Source: an uncultured Gammaproteobacteria bacterium
Lineage (GTDB): Bacteria > Patescibacteriota > Microgenomatia > UBA8517
Direction: 5' to 3'
Length of the DNA stretch: 64,000 bases
Assembly (NCBI GenBank): GCA_964645605.1
Contig: CAZYCE010000001.1
Span: 128,063-192,062, forward strand
Shown here: positions 27,079 through 37,546 of the stretch, in pieces
How positions within the stretch are numbered: the stretch's first letter is position 1
How the letters are laid out: the number at the start of each line of letters is the position of its first letter
The notes under the pieces: model-generated
Told to the model about the DNA's origin: nothing
What the model saw: the letters and a program-made list of their open reading frames with translations, nothing else
Databases searched by the model: none
Made by a program: the position numbers and the translations under genes

Positions 27079-28959
27079 ATGGGACCAACTAATCTTTTTA
27101 GTCAGAAATCAGTCGAAAAGTCGCCCAAAAAAGGCAAAAGACAGGTTCGGTTTAGACTTCGGGTAAACCTTTGGACAATTACGGCAACAATTTTAATAAT
27201 CTTCTTTGTAATACCGGGATTTATCGCGGCGATTCAATCGGTAGGCAGTTCCACGACAGAAACCATTTCACAACTTATGAGCGACATTAAGTCGGGAAAC
27301 GTGGAAAAGGTAGATGTTGAGGGATCTAAACTAATCATTACAAATAAAGACGGCACCGTCAAAACTTCGACAAAAGAAGATACGCAGAATTTTACAGAGA
27401 TTTTGGAAAATTACAGAATTGATCCCGCAAGTGTGAACTATAACATTGTTGATCAGTCTGCTATTATGATAATTGGCAATATCGCAGGAATAGTCCTACC
27501 GATTCTTTTAATGGTGGGATTTTTCTATTATCTCCTTCGCGCTCAGAATAAAGGTGCTCAGGATATTTTTTCATTTGGTAGAAGCGGTGCAAAGGTTTTT
27601 GCAAAAGGCAAGCAAAGCACCACTTTTGCCGATGTGGCAGGTGTGGATGAGGCCAAAAAGGAACTTGAAGAGCTTGTCGATTTTCTCAAAAATCCGGCAA
27701 AGTATCGAAAAATCGGCGCGCGTACTCCGAAAGGAGCGCTTTTGGTGGGTCCTTCCGGGGTTGGAAAAACTCTTCTTGCTAAGGCCGTTGCAGGGGAGGC
27801 GGGGGTTCCGTTTTTCTCTATGGCAGGAAGCGAGTTTATGGAAATGCTGGTAGGAGTCGGAGCCTCCCGTGCCAGGGATCTTTTTGCACAGGCGAAATCG
27901 GCAGCTCCGGCGATCATTTTTATTGATGAAATTGATGCCATCGGGCGTCAACGGGGACGGGGAATGATGGGCGGGCATGATGAGCGTGAGCAAACTTTGA
28001 ATCAGATTTTGGTTGAAATGGACGGTTTTACACCGAATGATAATGTAATAGTGATTGCTGCAACCAACAGAGGAGACCTTCTTGATCCGGCATTGCTTCG
28101 TCCGGGAAGGTTTGATAGGAGGATTGTTCTTGATATGCCCGACAAAGAGGGTAGATTGGCAATTCTTCATATCCACGCCAAGGGCAAGAGATTTGCCAAG
28201 GGTGTCAATTGGAGCCAGGTTGCAGATAGGACTGTAGGTTTTTCGGGGGCGGATCTTGAGAATATGCTAAATGAGGCTGCAATCGGGGCTGCAAGAAACA
28301 ATAAATCCGAGATTTCGATGGCTGATCTTGAGGAATCAGCCACAAAAGTAAAACTTGGCCCTGCCAAAAAGAGGCTCCAAAGCGACGAAGATAAGAAATT
28401 AACTGCCTACCATGAGGCTGGGCATGCAATTGTTACTCATTTTTTATTGCATACCGACCCGGTTGAGAGAATATCAATAGTTGCCCGCGGAATGAGTTTG
28501 GGACATACCTTGATTCCTCCGGCAACAGATAGAACTCATGAGACGAAATCACGTTTGATTCAACAAATTGCGGCCATGCTGGGAGGCCGTGCCGCGGAAG
28601 AGGTGGTATTCAGCGAAATGACAAGCGGAGCGGCAAACGACATAGCACAGGCCACTAAAATCGCCAAATCAATGGTGGTTGAGTTGGGGATGAGTCAACT
28701 GGGGCCCATTAATTTCGGTCCCGATGCTGGGATGGGAGATTTTGGGCAAATGGAATGGTATGAACAGGCACAAAATTCGCCGGCTTTTATGGAAAAAATT
28801 GATATCGAGACAAAAAAGCTTTTAGACACCGGCCTTAGGACTGCAATAAAGATTGTTAAAGAAGAAAGAAAACTGCTTGATAAAGTAAGTAGTGCCTTGA
28901 TTGAAAAAGAGACTCTTAGCCGCGATGACTTCGAAAAGATAGTTGGGAAGAAGAAATAA
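27079..28959 (+). CDS. ftsH: ATP-dependent zinc metalloprotease FtsH
   Basis: TM region, AAA Walker A (GPSGVGKT), second region of homology, and the Zn-binding HEAGHA motif. Confidence 0.9.
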   Translation: MGPTNLFSQKSVEKSPKKGKRQVRFRLRVNLWTITATILIIFFVIPGFIAAIQSVGSSTTETISQLMSDIKSGNVEKVDVEGSKLIITNKDGTVKTSTKEDTQNFTEILENYRIDPASVNYNIVDQSAIMIIGNIAGIVLPILLMVGFFYYLLRAQNKGAQDIFSFGRSGAKVFAKGKQSTTFADVAGVDEAKKELEELVDFLKNPAKYRKIGARTPKGALLVGPSGVGKTLLAKAVAGEAGVPFFSMAGSEFMEMLVGVGASRARDLFAQAKSAAPAIIFIDEIDAIGRQRGRGMMGGHDEREQTLNQILVEMDGFTPNDNVIVIAATNRGDLLDPALLRPGRFDRRIVLDMPDKEGRLAILHIHAKGKRFAKGVNWSQVADRTVGFSGADLENMLNEAAIGAARNNKSEISMADLEESATKVKLGPAKKRLQSDEDKKLTAYHEAGHAIVTHFLLHTDPVERISIVARGMSLGHTLIPPATDRTHETKSRLIQQIAAMLGGRAAEEVVFSEMTSGAANDIAQATKIAKSMVVELGMSQLGPINFGPDAGMGDFGQMEWYEQAQNSPAFMEKIDIETKKLLDTGLRTAIKIVKEERKLLDKVSSALIEKETLSRDDFEKIVGKKK

Positions 28960-28978
28960 AGTGAGCTAAAATATATTC

Positions 28979-29911
28979 ATGGGCAAGCTTGTAATTATTG
29001 ACGGGAATGCCATTCTTCATCGGGCTTTCCATGCTATGCCACCCTTAACAACGAGAAGCGGAGAGCCCATAAACGCCGTTTACGGGTTAGTCTCTATGTT
29101 TTTAAGAATAGTCCAGGATCTTAAGCCTGATGCAATTACAGTTGCATTTGACGAGAAAGAGAAAACATTCAGGCATGTAGAATTTAAAAAGTATCAAGCT
29201 CAAAGACCTCCGACACATGAAGACCTGTCTTCACAGTTCGAAAAGGCAAGAGAGTTTTTTAAAGCAGCACACGTACCGGTTTATTCAAAGCCTGGGTATG
29301 AAGCGGATGATGTGATCGGAACCATCGCTTTGCAAAGCTCCGATCAATTGAAAATTAAAAATTTAAAATTAAAAATTGATGAAACTATTGTCGTGACAGG
29401 GGATAGGGATCTTCTTCAACTGGTTGATGACAAGAAAGGTATTAAACTTTACATGCCGGTGGTTGGTTTATCAAATGCAAAGATGTATGACGAGGTAACC
29501 GCCAAAGAAAGAATGGGGGTACCTGCAAACCTTATTCCAGATTATAAAGCTCTTGTTGGGGATCCATCCGATAACTACCCAGGAGTGACCGGAATCGGTC
29601 CGAAGACTGCGGAAAAACTTTTGGGACAGTACGAAAGTATAGACAATATTTATGCTCATTTAACTCAAATTGAGCCAAATGTAAGGCAAAAATTAATGTC
29701 TGGAAAATCTGATGCAACGCTATTCTACAGGCTCGCAACAATTGTCAAAAATGTGCCTATAGAAATCGATTTTCCGCAGATGAAAGACTGGAAAATTGAC
29801 AGTCCTGAGGTTTTAAATCTCTTTGAAGATTTCGGTTTTAGGACTCTTGCTGAAAGAATTAAAAAAGTTGGGAAAAATATGGAACAGGAAAAACAAACAA
29901 CTTTGTTTTAA
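28979..29911 (+). CDS. 5'-3' exonuclease (Pol I N-terminal / FEN-like domain protein)
   Basis: LVIIDGNAILHRAFHA resembles the Pol I 5'-nuclease N-terminus, with a helix-hairpin-helix region (GIGPKTAEKLL). Confidence 0.8.
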   Translation: MGKLVIIDGNAILHRAFHAMPPLTTRSGEPINAVYGLVSMFLRIVQDLKPDAITVAFDEKEKTFRHVEFKKYQAQRPPTHEDLSSQFEKAREFFKAAHVPVYSKPGYEADDVIGTIALQSSDQLKIKNLKLKIDETIVVTGDRDLLQLVDDKKGIKLYMPVVGLSNAKMYDEVTAKERMGVPANLIPDYKALVGDPSDNYPGVTGIGPKTAEKLLGQYESIDNIYAHLTQIEPNVRQKLMSGKSDATLFYRLATIVKNVPIEIDFPQMKDWKIDSPEVLNLFEDFGFRTLAERIKKVGKNMEQEKQTTLF

Positions 29912-31014
29912 TGAAAAAAATAGCAATAGTCCATGATTATTTAATAGATTTTGGGGGAGCGGAAAGGGTACTCTTAGCTCTTAATGAAATTTATCCTGAT
30001 GCACTGATTTACACTTTAATCGACCGGAGAAAAACACTGGGTCATTTTGCCGATAAATTTGACGGCGCAAAGGTAATAGAGACCTGGTTCGGGAAAATTC
30101 CCGGGGCGCAAAAATTAATTTCGCCTTTAAGATTTTTAATTCCGGTAATTTGGAAAAGTGTTGACTTTACCGATTACGATTTAATAATTTCATCCGCCAG
30201 CTGGGCAATTACAAAAGGGTTTGATAAAAAAAACAAGGCCCTCGAAATCTGCTACTGCCATACACCGCCGAGATATTTATACGGGTATGACACCTCAAGA
30301 AAGTTCTCTGGATTTTTTGGAAAGTTGGTTAAAATCTATGCAAAGATAGTCAACAAATCCCTTCGTAAATATGATTACGATCGTGCACAAAAGGTTGACT
30401 ATTTTATTGCTAACTCAAAGGAAGTTGCGGGGAGAATCAAGAAGTTTTATCACAAGGATGCAGCGGTAATTTATCCTCCTGTGGAAACTGCACCGGTATC
30501 GATAACTAAAAAAGGAAATTATTTTCTGACTGGTGGAAGGCTAACCGCCGCCAAAAATTTTGATTTGATAATTAAGGCATTTAACGAACTCGGCACCCCT
30601 TTGCTTATCTATGGTGATGGTCCGCAAAAAGATTATTTGAAGAGTCTCGCGAAAGAAAATGTTAATTTTTTGGGTGAAGTAACCGATGACGAAATAGGAC
30701 ATCTTTATGCCGAAGCAAAGGCTTATGTTGTTGCCCAAAAAGATGAAGATTTTGGTATTACTCCGATTGAAGCAATGGCACAGGGTACTCCCGTTATTGC
30801 TTACAAAGGAGGGGGATATTTGGAAACGGTAGTTGAAGGAAAAACAGGAATTTTCTTTAACGAATTGAGTATTAAAAGTTTGTCCTCGGCAATTGAGAGG
30901 TTTGAAACGGTGGAATTTGATTCTGTAAATTGTGTAAATCAAGCCAAAAAGTTTTCAAAGGAAAGGTTTGAGAAAGAAATGAAAGAATTTGTGAATAAAG
31001 TTAAACCTTCTTGA
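29911..31014 (+). CDS. glycosyltransferase, family 4 (GT-B fold)
   Basis: C-terminal EDFGITPIEAMAQGTPVIA resembles the GT4 E-x7-E region, 367 aa. Confidence 0.75.
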   Translation: MKKIAIVHDYLIDFGGAERVLLALNEIYPDALIYTLIDRRKTLGHFADKFDGAKVIETWFGKIPGAQKLISPLRFLIPVIWKSVDFTDYDLIISSASWAITKGFDKKNKALEICYCHTPPRYLYGYDTSRKFSGFFGKLVKIYAKIVNKSLRKYDYDRAQKVDYFIANSKEVAGRIKKFYHKDAAVIYPPVETAPVSITKKGNYFLTGGRLTAAKNFDLIIKAFNELGTPLLIYGDGPQKDYLKSLAKENVNFLGEVTDDEIGHLYAEAKAYVVAQKDEDFGITPIEAMAQGTPVIAYKGGGYLETVVEGKTGIFFNELSIKSLSSAIERFETVEFDSVNCVNQAKKFSKERFEKEMKEFVNKVKPS

Positions 31015-31060
31015 TCCCAAAACCCATTGATGTTATAAAGAACTTCTCCTGCCCTGAAAA

Positions 31061-33085
31061 ATGCCTGAAAACGAAAAATATATTCAAGGTAAATTACCTA
31101 CTTACGGGAAAAGACGAGTTTCTTCTCAATTTGCTGCAGTTTTTGTAAATGAAGAAAGAAGAGAAACAAATCGCCAGTTGCAGATGTTGTCTGATACAAA
31201 AACTGTTGAGGTGAAAAAAATCATTCCTATGAAAAATATTTTGTATTATGACAACGAGAACTATAATCATCAACAAACAATTGTTGTAAAACTTAATGAA
31301 CCGGAAAGTGAAAAAATAACCACTTTCTCATTTTTTCCAGAACCGGCGAGAAAAGAAGATGATAGGAGAAACCATAACAATCTACTTTGGTGGCCAAGCT
31401 ACCTTGTTGCAAACAGATGGCTAGAGGAACCAAATATTAAATTTCCACCCTGGAGTTTGGGTAATCTTCGAATCATGGATGAGGGAGGATTTTATACAGA
31501 TAAACTTAATGAAGTAAACATTGATGAAATCGGAGGTAAGGCTCATGGTCTTATAAAGCTCAAAAAGTACGAGAAATTTGGCTTCAAGATACCTGACTTT
31601 ATAGTTATTCCTACCAGTTTTTACAAAAAAATGGACGCATTTGGTTTTAGCGGCCGAGCCGAAAAAATTATGGAAAGCTTTGCTTCACCAGAAGACATAA
31701 TGAGACAAGATGAACTTCATGATGGCGTAAGCATCATGAGTACTAGAAATGTTCCCCACGAGATAGAAAAGCTATTTGATTCATTGAATTTTGAACGCAG
31801 CATTTATTATCCTACTTTGGCAAAAGATATTTGCCAATTTGCCGGGATTACCGATTATTGGGGAACCCCTGGGAGAAAAGTAATTTTGAGATCTAGTTCT
31901 CCTCTTGAAGATAGTCAGAAGACGGAATACCAATTCCAGGGTGTTTTTGAAAGTCAAACTCCAACAATAACTAGTTTAGATGATATCTATGATTCGTTAA
32001 AAAGTGTCTATTTAAGTCCATGGTCGGCCTATGCAGAGTTTTATCTCAGAAACAGACATTTAGTGGGAAAAATTGATAGGAACATGGCGGTTATTGTTCA
32101 AGAAGTTCCAAAGGACTACAAGTTTGTTTGCAGAGTGTTTTATAACAATGGAAAGGTGGCAATTGAGTATATAAGTCGTGATTTATTTTATGGTAGCCAG
32201 TTTGTTGGTCTAAAAGCTATTATTAACAGCAAGGGTGAAATTATAAAAAATGAAGACGAAGTGGAAGACCATTATTATAAAGACATTTTTAAAAATAGGA
32301 AGATGTCTAACGAAGAGATTGTTAAGATTGCAAGTATTATGCAAAGGTTATCCGAAGTTCCTGAATATGGCGTTGATTTTAATACAGAAATTCTTGCCGG
32401 AGGAGAATTGCCGTATATTGTACAAATTAGACGCGCGCCAGAAACACATAAAACGAGTGTTGTTTCAGATATAGACGAGGTAGATAGAGAAAGCGTAATA
32501 GTTGATTTCACTGCAGAAACAAACAATTTTTCTATAGGCAAGATTGAAGGTCCGGTTGTCAATCTAATGGGATATTTTAAAGGCCATGTTTGGGAAAAAG
32601 ACGAAACGGGTCACGAAAAAGGCCGTTATGTTTATGGAGATTTGAATGAATACTACGAAAAAGCAGAATATTATAACAAAAAATATCCTGGAGCAATTTT
32701 TATTGTTGATATGGATTTTGGGGATCAGGAAATATTGGGAGAAAAGTTTCATATGTTGACGTCAAAAAAAGGCGGATTAATAACCTGTCATAGATATGAC
32801 ACTTCTCTGCGTTGTCCACATTTTCTTGCCGAACTTTATAAAGATCCTTGTTTCCATGTTGTAAATGTACTTCCGGAACCATTTAAAGATATGGAGACTG
32901 GTACACCAATGGGGGTAATAAGCAATGGCGACAAGGCGAGATTTTATCACCCAAAAAACTACTCTGGACCAACAATTGTTTTTTCTCAACCAAAAGCGTG
33001 TTCGCGAGAGAAGCAGATTTATTCGCAAGGTGTTTTGTTTGATGCAAGTACGATCAAAGGGGAAATAATTAAGAATATTTTGTGA
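31061..33085 (+). CDS. orphan protein with PEP-synthase/pyruvate-phosphate-dikinase-like N-terminal nucleotide-binding (PPDK_N, ATP-grasp) domain; no phosphohistidine swivel domain detected
   Basis: IGGKAHGLIKL and VILRSSSPLEDSQKTEYQFQGVFES mirror the GGKxxxL and RSSAxxEDxxxxSFAGQ motifs of the PPDK_N family. It is flanked by ~140 aa N-terminal and ~250 aa Cys/His-containing C-terminal regions of unknown type. Confidence 0.5.
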   Translation: MPENEKYIQGKLPTYGKRRVSSQFAAVFVNEERRETNRQLQMLSDTKTVEVKKIIPMKNILYYDNENYNHQQTIVVKLNEPESEKITTFSFFPEPARKEDDRRNHNNLLWWPSYLVANRWLEEPNIKFPPWSLGNLRIMDEGGFYTDKLNEVNIDEIGGKAHGLIKLKKYEKFGFKIPDFIVIPTSFYKKMDAFGFSGRAEKIMESFASPEDIMRQDELHDGVSIMSTRNVPHEIEKLFDSLNFERSIYYPTLAKDICQFAGITDYWGTPGRKVILRSSSPLEDSQKTEYQFQGVFESQTPTITSLDDIYDSLKSVYLSPWSAYAEFYLRNRHLVGKIDRNMAVIVQEVPKDYKFVCRVFYNNGKVAIEYISRDLFYGSQFVGLKAIINSKGEIIKNEDEVEDHYYKDIFKNRKMSNEEIVKIASIMQRLSEVPEYGVDFNTEILAGGELPYIVQIRRAPETHKTSVVSDIDEVDRESVIVDFTAETNNFSIGKIEGPVVNLMGYFKGHVWEKDETGHEKGRYVYGDLNEYYEKAEYYNKKYPGAIFIVDMDFGDQEILGEKFHMLTSKKGGLITCHRYDTSLRCPHFLAELYKDPCFHVVNVLPEPFKDMETGTPMGVISNGDKARFYHPKNYSGPTIVFSQPKACSREKQIYSQGVLFDASTIKGEIIKNIL

Positions 33086-33097
33086 TAATATTGGCTC

Positions 33098-33979
33098 ATG
33101 CCAGAACTTCCTGAAGTAGAAACGATGCGGTTGCAGTTGAAAAAGTACCTTGCGGGGCACAAAATTCTATCCGTTGAGGTTAAAAACAGAAAAACATTCC
33201 AAGGAGATGAAGCAAAAATTATTGGTGGAAAGGTTACCGACGTAAGGCGGTTTGGAAAAGTATCTGTTATCGACCTAGATAACAATTATTCGATTCTTAC
33301 CCATGTAAAACTCACGGGACAATATATTTATAGAGGACCTCACTTACCAAATCCGGGTAAGCTGTCAAGTAGAGTTACCGGTGGTTTACCGGGATCCCAT
33401 ACATTGGTTATTTTTGATCTTGATAACGGTGGGGAACTTTATTACAACGATGTCAGGCGTTTTGGCTGGATCAAGATTAAAAAAACCTCCGATGTCGAGC
33501 ATGAAAAATTTATTGCCAGGCTTGGCCCCGAACCCTTCGGCAAAGCTCAGGGCAAGCCCTCTCTTTTGACGTTAGATTTGTTTAAAGAGATTCTTTCCAA
33601 GACTTCCAGGGCAATCAAAATCGTTATCATGGATCAGGAAAAGATGGGAGGGATAGGGAACATTTATGCCAGCGATGCTTTATGGCTTGCCAAGGTTAAC
33701 CCCAAAACTCCGGCTAAGAATATTTCCAATAAAAAAGCGGGTGAATTATACAACGCAATCATTCATGTGTTAAAAGAGGGCATCAAATATGGCGGGGCAA
33801 GTGAGCTTTCCTTTGTCACTCCGGACGGGCACGAGGGAGGGTATCAAAATCACACACTGGTTTACGGGCATGAAGGTGAGCCTTGCGAGAGATCTGCCTG
33901 CCGGCAGGCAGGTGCCAGAATTCAAAAGTTTTTCTTAGGAGGAAGGGGAACCTATTTTTGCCCAATTTGTCAAAAGTAA
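33098..33979 (+). CDS. fpg: formamidopyrimidine-DNA glycosylase (Fpg/MutM) family
   Basis: N-terminal MPELPEVE catalytic Pro/Glu, an H2TH region, and a C-terminal Zn finger CxxC...CPICQK. Confidence 0.85.
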   Translation: MPELPEVETMRLQLKKYLAGHKILSVEVKNRKTFQGDEAKIIGGKVTDVRRFGKVSVIDLDNNYSILTHVKLTGQYIYRGPHLPNPGKLSSRVTGGLPGSHTLVIFDLDNGGELYYNDVRRFGWIKIKKTSDVEHEKFIARLGPEPFGKAQGKPSLLTLDLFKEILSKTSRAIKIVIMDQEKMGGIGNIYASDALWLAKVNPKTPAKNISNKKAGELYNAIIHVLKEGIKYGGASELSFVTPDGHEGGYQNHTLVYGHEGEPCERSACRQAGARIQKFFLGGRGTYFCPICQK

Positions 33980-33982
33980 GAA

Positions 33983-35044
33983 ATGATTGAAAAAATAAAA
34001 CTATCCGGTTTTAGAAATTTTAAGTCGAATACATTTGAATTTGCTCCAAAAATTACCGTGATTGTCGGCCCTAATGCTTCAGGCAAGACAAACGTATTGG
34101 AAAGCCTTTTTCTCCTATCAACAGGAAAAAGTTTTAAAGCCAGAATGGAAGAAGAAATGATTAAGTATGACAAAGATATTGGTAGAGTTAACGGAAGCAT
34201 TACTGATTCGAGTTTAGAATCAACCAAACTTGAGGTAGTAATCACCAGAGGTCAAATAGACATCGGAACAATGTATCCTGAAAAAACTCCCCGAAAGAAA
34301 CTTTTCGTAAACGGAATTCCCAGGAGGATGATTGATTTTGCCGGAAACTTCAGAACTGTACTTTTTGGGCCGTGGGATATGGATCTTGTAACAGAGTCGC
34401 CCTCAATAAGAAGAAGGTTTTTGGATACGGTACTTTCACAGGTTGATAGGGAATACAGGCGCTCGATAATGTCTTACGAAAAGGGTTTAAGGCAAAGAAA
34501 CAGAGTCCTTCTGGATATAAGGGAAGGCAACACTCTTCGCGACAGGCTTCTTTTTTGGGATCAGCTTCTTGTTAAGAACGGAGACTACATCACCGGAAGA
34601 AGAGAAGAGTTTATCGAATATGTTAACGCTCACCATCCGCTCTCTATCAATAGTTATTCTCTCACCTACGACCGTTCAATTATTTCCGAAGCAAGGATAG
34701 AACAGTATAAAGAGGAAGAAGTTGCCGCTGCCACCACCTTGGTTGGACCTCATAGAGATGACTTTATATTTAATAAAGGCGAAAGAGATCTCTCAAGTTA
34801 TGGTTCAAGGGGCGAGCAGAGAATGGGAGTATTGTGGCTGAAAATGGCTGAGCTATCGTTTATCGAGGAAAAAAGCGGTCAGCGCCCCACACTTCTTTTG
34901 GACGATATTTTTTCGGAGCTTGACGCGGAACACCGTGACATTGTTATGGATATTGCCACTCGTCAGCAGACAATCATTACATCCGTTGATGATAGATTTG
35001 TAAAAAATATCAAAAAAGTGGAAAGAATTAAACTTGAGGATTAA
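33983..35044 (+). CDS. recF: DNA replication and repair protein RecF
   Basis: Walker A GPNASGKTN and an SMC-like signature/Walker B region, 353 aa. Confidence 0.85.
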   Translation: MIEKIKLSGFRNFKSNTFEFAPKITVIVGPNASGKTNVLESLFLLSTGKSFKARMEEEMIKYDKDIGRVNGSITDSSLESTKLEVVITRGQIDIGTMYPEKTPRKKLFVNGIPRRMIDFAGNFRTVLFGPWDMDLVTESPSIRRRFLDTVLSQVDREYRRSIMSYEKGLRQRNRVLLDIREGNTLRDRLLFWDQLLVKNGDYITGRREEFIEYVNAHHPLSINSYSLTYDRSIISEARIEQYKEEEVAAATTLVGPHRDDFIFNKGERDLSSYGSRGEQRMGVLWLKMAELSFIEEKSGQRPTLLLDDIFSELDAEHRDIVMDIATRQQTIITSVDDRFVKNIKKVERIKLED

Positions 35045-35053
35045 AATAGAAGA

Positions 35054-35365
35054 ATGGAAAACGGTGAAAAGCTAACGCCGGAACAATTAGAAAATTATTT
35101 TAAATCTGACCTTCTGGGTGCTCCGGCAGAAGTTCGGGAAAGGTATCACAGCTTGTTGTTAGATGAAAAGATTAGAATGGCAAAAGAAAACGGAAACCGT
35201 CCTGCCGGGCCGGTTTCACTTAAATTGAGAGAGATGATGCTGGAAAGTGCCGAAAAGACAGAAACTGTCGAAGACGCGAAAAAAGCATTTAAGATGGAAC
35301 GGGATTGGGTTGGCCACACCTCTAAAGATGGTAGGCCGCCAATTGGTGGAGCTCCCGACGATTAA
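35054..35365 (+). CDS. hypothetical protein
   Basis: 103-aa ORF in an operon-like position after recF. No motifs recognised. Confidence 0.4.
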   Translation: MENGEKLTPEQLENYFKSDLLGAPAEVRERYHSLLLDEKIRMAKENGNRPAGPVSLKLREMMLESAEKTETVEDAKKAFKMERDWVGHTSKDGRPPIGGAPDD

Positions 35366-35395
35366 CTTTCTTCGAATTGAGAATATACTTATTTT

Positions 35396-36235
35396 ATGAA
35401 AGTCTTTGCTAAAGGGGATTTGGGTGGATTGATTCTTCCGAAAAAAAACTCCTCTAAAGGAGAAAATGGTCAGATAACTATAATAGCCGGTTCGTCACTT
35501 TTCCACGGAGCACCTCTTTTAGCGCTTGGTACCGCATCAAGATTCGTCGATATGGTTTATTTTGCATCTCCGGAGAAAAGTGTTGGGGAAGTAGCGGACA
35601 GGTTGAAATCAAAACTCTTTTCATTTATTTGGACTCCGTGGAACGAACTGGAACATTATCTCAAAAAATCTGATGCAATTCTTATTGGCCCCGGTTTAAT
35701 GCGCTTTAGAAGTGAGGGAGTAACCGATGAAGAAAGACTTGCCTGCGACGAAGCATGTCAACAAACTTCCGAAATTACCAAAACACTTCTGGCATCATTT
35801 CCTGATAAAAAATGGGTGATAGACGGTGGCAGCCTTCAGGTAATGGAACCCTCATGGATTCCCCGAGGTGCAATATTAACGCCGAACAAAAAAGAGTACA
35901 AAAAGCTTTTTGGTAACATGGGTGTTTCCGATGCTGCTCAAAAATATAGGTGTACGATTGTTTATAAGCTCCCGGAAACAGTGGTTTGTTCTCCACAAAG
36001 GTGCATAAAGGTAGTTGGGGGAAATGCAGGGCTCACCAAGGGGGGAACTGGCGATGTACAGGCAGGGCTAACAACTGCCCTTTTTGCGAAAAATGACGCT
36101 TTTTTAGCTGCCTCAGCAGGATCTTTTATTATCAAAGCTGTCGCTGATGAGCTTTATAAAAACGTTGGCACAGCCTACAATGCGGATGATCTGGCATCAC
36201 AAATCCCTCTATATTTTCCGCAATTTCTGCGTTAA
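35396..36235 (+). CDS. nnrD: ADP-dependent NAD(P)H-hydrate dehydratase (YjeF C-terminal domain family)
   Basis: AILIGPGL and GGNAGLTKGGTGDVQAGL are the carbohydrate-kinase-like YjeF-C signatures. Confidence 0.8.
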   Translation: MKVFAKGDLGGLILPKKNSSKGENGQITIIAGSSLFHGAPLLALGTASRFVDMVYFASPEKSVGEVADRLKSKLFSFIWTPWNELEHYLKKSDAILIGPGLMRFRSEGVTDEERLACDEACQQTSEITKTLLASFPDKKWVIDGGSLQVMEPSWIPRGAILTPNKKEYKKLFGNMGVSDAAQKYRCTIVYKLPETVVCSPQRCIKVVGGNAGLTKGGTGDVQAGLTTALFAKNDAFLAASAGSFIIKAVADELYKNVGTAYNADDLASQIPLYFPQFLR

Positions 36236-36247
36236 TATAAATTTAAT

Positions 36248-37312
36248 ATGTATGCTCCCAAATATGTGATTTCGAATAGAATCCTCAAGAACATCGGGTC
36301 TATTGAGGCCAGCCGTGAAGTTGTCATGAATGCCCCCTTGGTTCCTTCATTTGCGAAGCAGTTCCAATCGGATGCAATTGTCCGCACTATTCATCACGGC
36401 ACTCATATTGAGGGGAATGATTTGACTCTTTACCAGACAAAAAAGATTCTGGAAGGAGCCGAGGTTTACGGCCGGGCGAGGGATATTCAGGAAGTAATTA
36501 ACTACAGAAATGTTATGCAGCTATTGGACGAGCTTGCCGTTAAGCGTGGCGGGTACGATACCGATATGCTTAGGGATATTCATAGGGCAACGGTTGATAG
36601 GATTGTTGTCCCTGAAAAAGTCGGTGTTTTTAGAACAACGGAAGTTGTAATTAAGGAAGAAGGAACAGGAAAAATAATTTTCCAACCGCCTCCTTCACAC
36701 GAGGTACCGTTTCTTTTGGATGACTTTTTCGAATGGCTTAATGACGAGACAGCCCAGGAAATTCATCCGATAATCAGATCCGGCATAGCCCACTATATTC
36801 TTGTGGCGATTCATCCCTTTGTAGAAGGTAACGGCAGAACCGTAAGGGCCTTTGCGACACTAGTTCTAATGAGGGAAGGGTATGATACTAAGAAGTTTTT
36901 CTCACTCGAGGAGCATTTTGATGATGATCCGGCGGCTTATTACGAAGCATTAAGTAGAGTAGATAGACAATCTCCCAATATGGGTAATCGTGATATTACA
37001 CCTTGGCTTGAGTATTTTACGGGTGTGGTTGCCGCAGAGCTTGAGAAGATTAAGGACAAAGTCAGGAAGCTTTCGGTAGACTCCCGTCTAAAAGTTAAAT
37101 TTGGAGAGCAAGTGGCCCTTACTGAGCGCCAAATGAGGCTTATCGAGTACATTTCCGATCAAGGTTCCGGAGGAATGGCAGAGCTTAAAAAAGTTTTACC
37201 TATGGTTTCCGAAGACACAATTTTGAGAGAGCTTAAAGACCTTCTTAGTAAAGGGATTATTAAAAAGCAGGGAAGTACTAAAGCCAGTAAGTATGTAATT
37301 GCGAACAAATGA
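36248..37312 (+). CDS. Fic-family protein (AMPylase/Doc-like)
   Basis: Canonical Fic motif HPFVEGNGRTVRA. C-terminal winged-helix-like region. Confidence 0.85.
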   Translation: MYAPKYVISNRILKNIGSIEASREVVMNAPLVPSFAKQFQSDAIVRTIHHGTHIEGNDLTLYQTKKILEGAEVYGRARDIQEVINYRNVMQLLDELAVKRGGYDTDMLRDIHRATVDRIVVPEKVGVFRTTEVVIKEEGTGKIIFQPPPSHEVPFLLDDFFEWLNDETAQEIHPIIRSGIAHYILVAIHPFVEGNGRTVRAFATLVLMREGYDTKKFFSLEEHFDDDPAAYYEALSRVDRQSPNMGNRDITPWLEYFTGVVAAELEKIKDKVRKLSVDSRLKVKFGEQVALTERQMRLIEYISDQGSGGMAELKKVLPMVSEDTILRELKDLLSKGIIKKQGSTKASKYVIANK

Positions 37313-37515
37313 CAGCCAATGATCCACAAATTTTATACATGATTTTGATTGTTCCTTCCCTTTTCGGACTCACACTTGTGGGAGAGGGAATAAGCAAACT
37401 TGTTCACGAAGAAACAAACGGACTTTTTTTTATAATCTTTGGATTTCTTTTCATCGGCCTAGTTGTCTTTGCTTACGTATTCTTCTCAAACTTTTCAATT
37501 TTAAGTAATGTTTGA
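37309..37515 (+). CDS. small two-TM membrane protein
   Basis: A 68-aa hydrophobic ORF whose start overlaps the fic stop. Confidence 0.35.
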   Translation: MTANDPQILYMILIVPSLFGLTLVGEGISKLVHEETNGLFFIIFGFLFIGLVVFAYVFFSNFSILSNV

Positions 37516-37546
37516 TTATCATTTTTAAGCCAAACGCAATATAATC

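Noticed and set aside
29335-29385. AATTGAAAATTAAAAATTTAAAATTAAAAATTGATG AT-repeat
   Set aside because: It encodes QLKIKNLKLKIDE within the 5'-3' exonuclease ORF, so it is coding low complexity.
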